Source: Bilabrum cf. latius
Taxonomy: Eukaryota
NCBI GenBank assembly: GCA_965178125.1
Contig: OZ237747.1
Location: forward strand, 310,001-374,000
Length of the DNA stretch: 64,000 nucleotides
Reading direction: 5' to 3'
The stretch's first letter is position 1. Each line of letters starts with the position of its first letter. Positions 62,413-64,000 of the stretch are shown here, one piece after another. The position numbers were made by a program, and so were the translations under genes. The notes below the pieces were generated by a model, which did no database searches, had not been told where the DNA came from, and worked only from the letters and a program-made list of their open reading frames with translations.

Positions 62413-63635
62413 CACACTTTTGGTCAAGAAGTCCGCCTTATTCCAGCCGAATACTCTGCAATTTGATTAGAAACCTTTTTGCATTAGCAGATGCGGGTGC
62501 TTTGTAGCAAGGTAGGCATAGCGCTTGCTATACTATCTGGACTCGCGCGCGGCTCTGCAACCGTGACACGAGTCGACATTGGCACGACTAGCAGTGGAAT
62601 AAGCATGCTGGCTGATACAATTGATACCGTAGGATCTGAGCTCGGTAGTCTGGCTCGCGAGCTAGTTCTCACGGCGTAGCTCGTCCTCGTCATCGATCAG
62701 CCCCTGCTCTGCTCGCAGCTTCCAGAGCATCATCATCACCAATCTGGTTCTCAAAATCACTTCCAATTTCATCTGGGTACATGCTTGGTTCCACTGGAAA
62801 GTCAGCACAACTCGAGAAAGGGCGTCGGAGCTTGTCACACATACCGATCTTCGAAACTGCGATGTAGACTTCGCGGTCACATCGGGCCATTGCCTCAACT
62901 AAAAAGCTTTTTTGGGGTGGTAGCCCCGTCTTCCTGTCGTCACTGCAAGCCTTCAACACCGCGAAGAGCCGCTCCACCTCGGCACGAGAGCGGCAGCATT
63001 AGGATGATCCGAACCATCTTAATCGCCGTCTGCATATTGCTGGCATTCTGCTTTGAGAATCTTCGCCTTACCTTGCCTACTACTCGAACTGGCCCTGCTG
63101 AAGCACTACTTTTTTTTCGAGATGACGCCACGATCACTGCCAACATAAGCCGCTCGGCCTCCAGCCTAAATGGCTCATCCTTGAATTTGTCGGCCTGCAA
63201 ATCTCCCCCTAAGCGACTAGTACACCGATTTAGATTTCTTCTTCTTGGTTTTCTACTGCTTCGGCTCTGCATCGATGGACCCCCTTTGGGCTAGGGGTCC
63301 CCTTTTGTTGATGAGACACCCCCCCGTGCTCAACCCCTTGGCCGGGCGGGGTCCGCCGCCCATTTTCCATTTTCCGTTAGGTCATTTTGGGCACACTTTC
63401 GGTCAAGAAGTCCGCCTTATTCCAGCCGAATACTCTGCAATACTTTTGCATTAGCAGATGCGGGTGCTTTGTAGCAAGGTAGGCATAGCGCTTGCTATAC
63501 TATCTGGACTCGCGCGCGGCTCTGCAACCGTGACACGAGTCGACATTGGCACGACTAGCAGTGGAATAAGCATGCTGGCTGATACAATTGATACCGTAGG
63601 ATCTGAGCTCGGTAGTCTGGCTCGCGAGCTAGTTC
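62413..63635. repeat. About 250-bp near-identical direct repeats (62413-62668 and 63392-63635) separated by about 720 bp
   Basis: cacacttt.ggtcaagaagtccg...ctcgcgagctagttc is present twice; copy 1 has a short insertion near 62462. Confidence 0.93.
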
Positions 63636-64000
63636 GCACTCCTCAGGGAGTATTCTTTGACGCATACAGCACTGCTGGGGGGCGTGAGGTTCACATGGCG
63701 ACGTGTAACGACAGCACAAATGTCCCGGCAGCTCATGTAACCCCTGTAGAGCTAAATCCGGGCTTGTTTGGAGGCATTGCACCCGACATGTCCCCTTCCC
63801 TTGTCGCCTCGCCGTCGCTTCAGCTGATAGCGTACTCTGGTACTCGCAAGGGCAAACGGTGGCCGGCCGTGATCAACACAAGCGACTCGAATTCTGTTGG
63901 CTTTATCGGCGACAATCATTTCGGCGAGGGCGATTTTCCTGCTTCGACGGTTTCGGCCCCCCGTTTCGTTGGACGCAGCTCCAGAGGGTACGCTGCGGAA
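63377..64000 (-). CDS. Possible 3' end of a hypothetical protein (5'-partial)
   Basis: The frame is open for about 207 codons from the window edge with only TAG interruptions and ends ..FGWNKADFLTESVPKMT-TAA. No recognisable motif. Confidence 0.35.

Noticed and set aside
1-64000. Suppressor tRNA-Gln(CUA), eRF1 or rRNA genes within the window
   Set aside because: None recognised by eye; a tRNAscan-SE run is needed to exclude a tRNA.

Overview
Gene-dense, GC-rich nuclear DNA from a eukaryotic microbe. It has few short GT-AG introns, head-to-head gene pairs and proteins inflated by low-complexity insertions. A heterotrophic protist such as a stramenopile is a guess, not something the sequence establishes. 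The main result is that the standard-code ORF track breaks most genes only at in-frame TAG codons. Reading TAG as sense joins the fragments into full-length conserved proteins: an ABCC transporter, an NADPH oxidase, a SEL1-repeat protein, CCT6, a sialidase-like protein, a kinesin, a WW-kinase and DNA polymerase zeta (REV3). These end at TGA or TAA, and TAG falls on positions that are Gln in the families (CCT6 MQI*HPT, kinesin ST*EDVF, ABCC RL*). This indicates a rare nuclear code in which UAG=Gln while UAA and UGA remain stops. UGDH and a TFIIF-alpha-like gene have no in-frame TAG. A rearranged block (about 23.8-35.5 kb) holds two paralogous genes with a SIM, an NLS and a C2H2 zinc-finger array. 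Their 84-bp minisatellite arrays (11 and 14 fingers) vary almost only at DNA-contacting residues, as in PRDM9. The block also contains long inverted repeats, a GC-rich hairpin cluster and damaged fragments of Nup107 and a beta-propeller gene. Elsewhere there are a 1.35-kb G-rich minisatellite, a truncated USP, a degenerate Ulp1-like remnant and some duplications. All calls come from manual translation and motif recognition; no database search was run.
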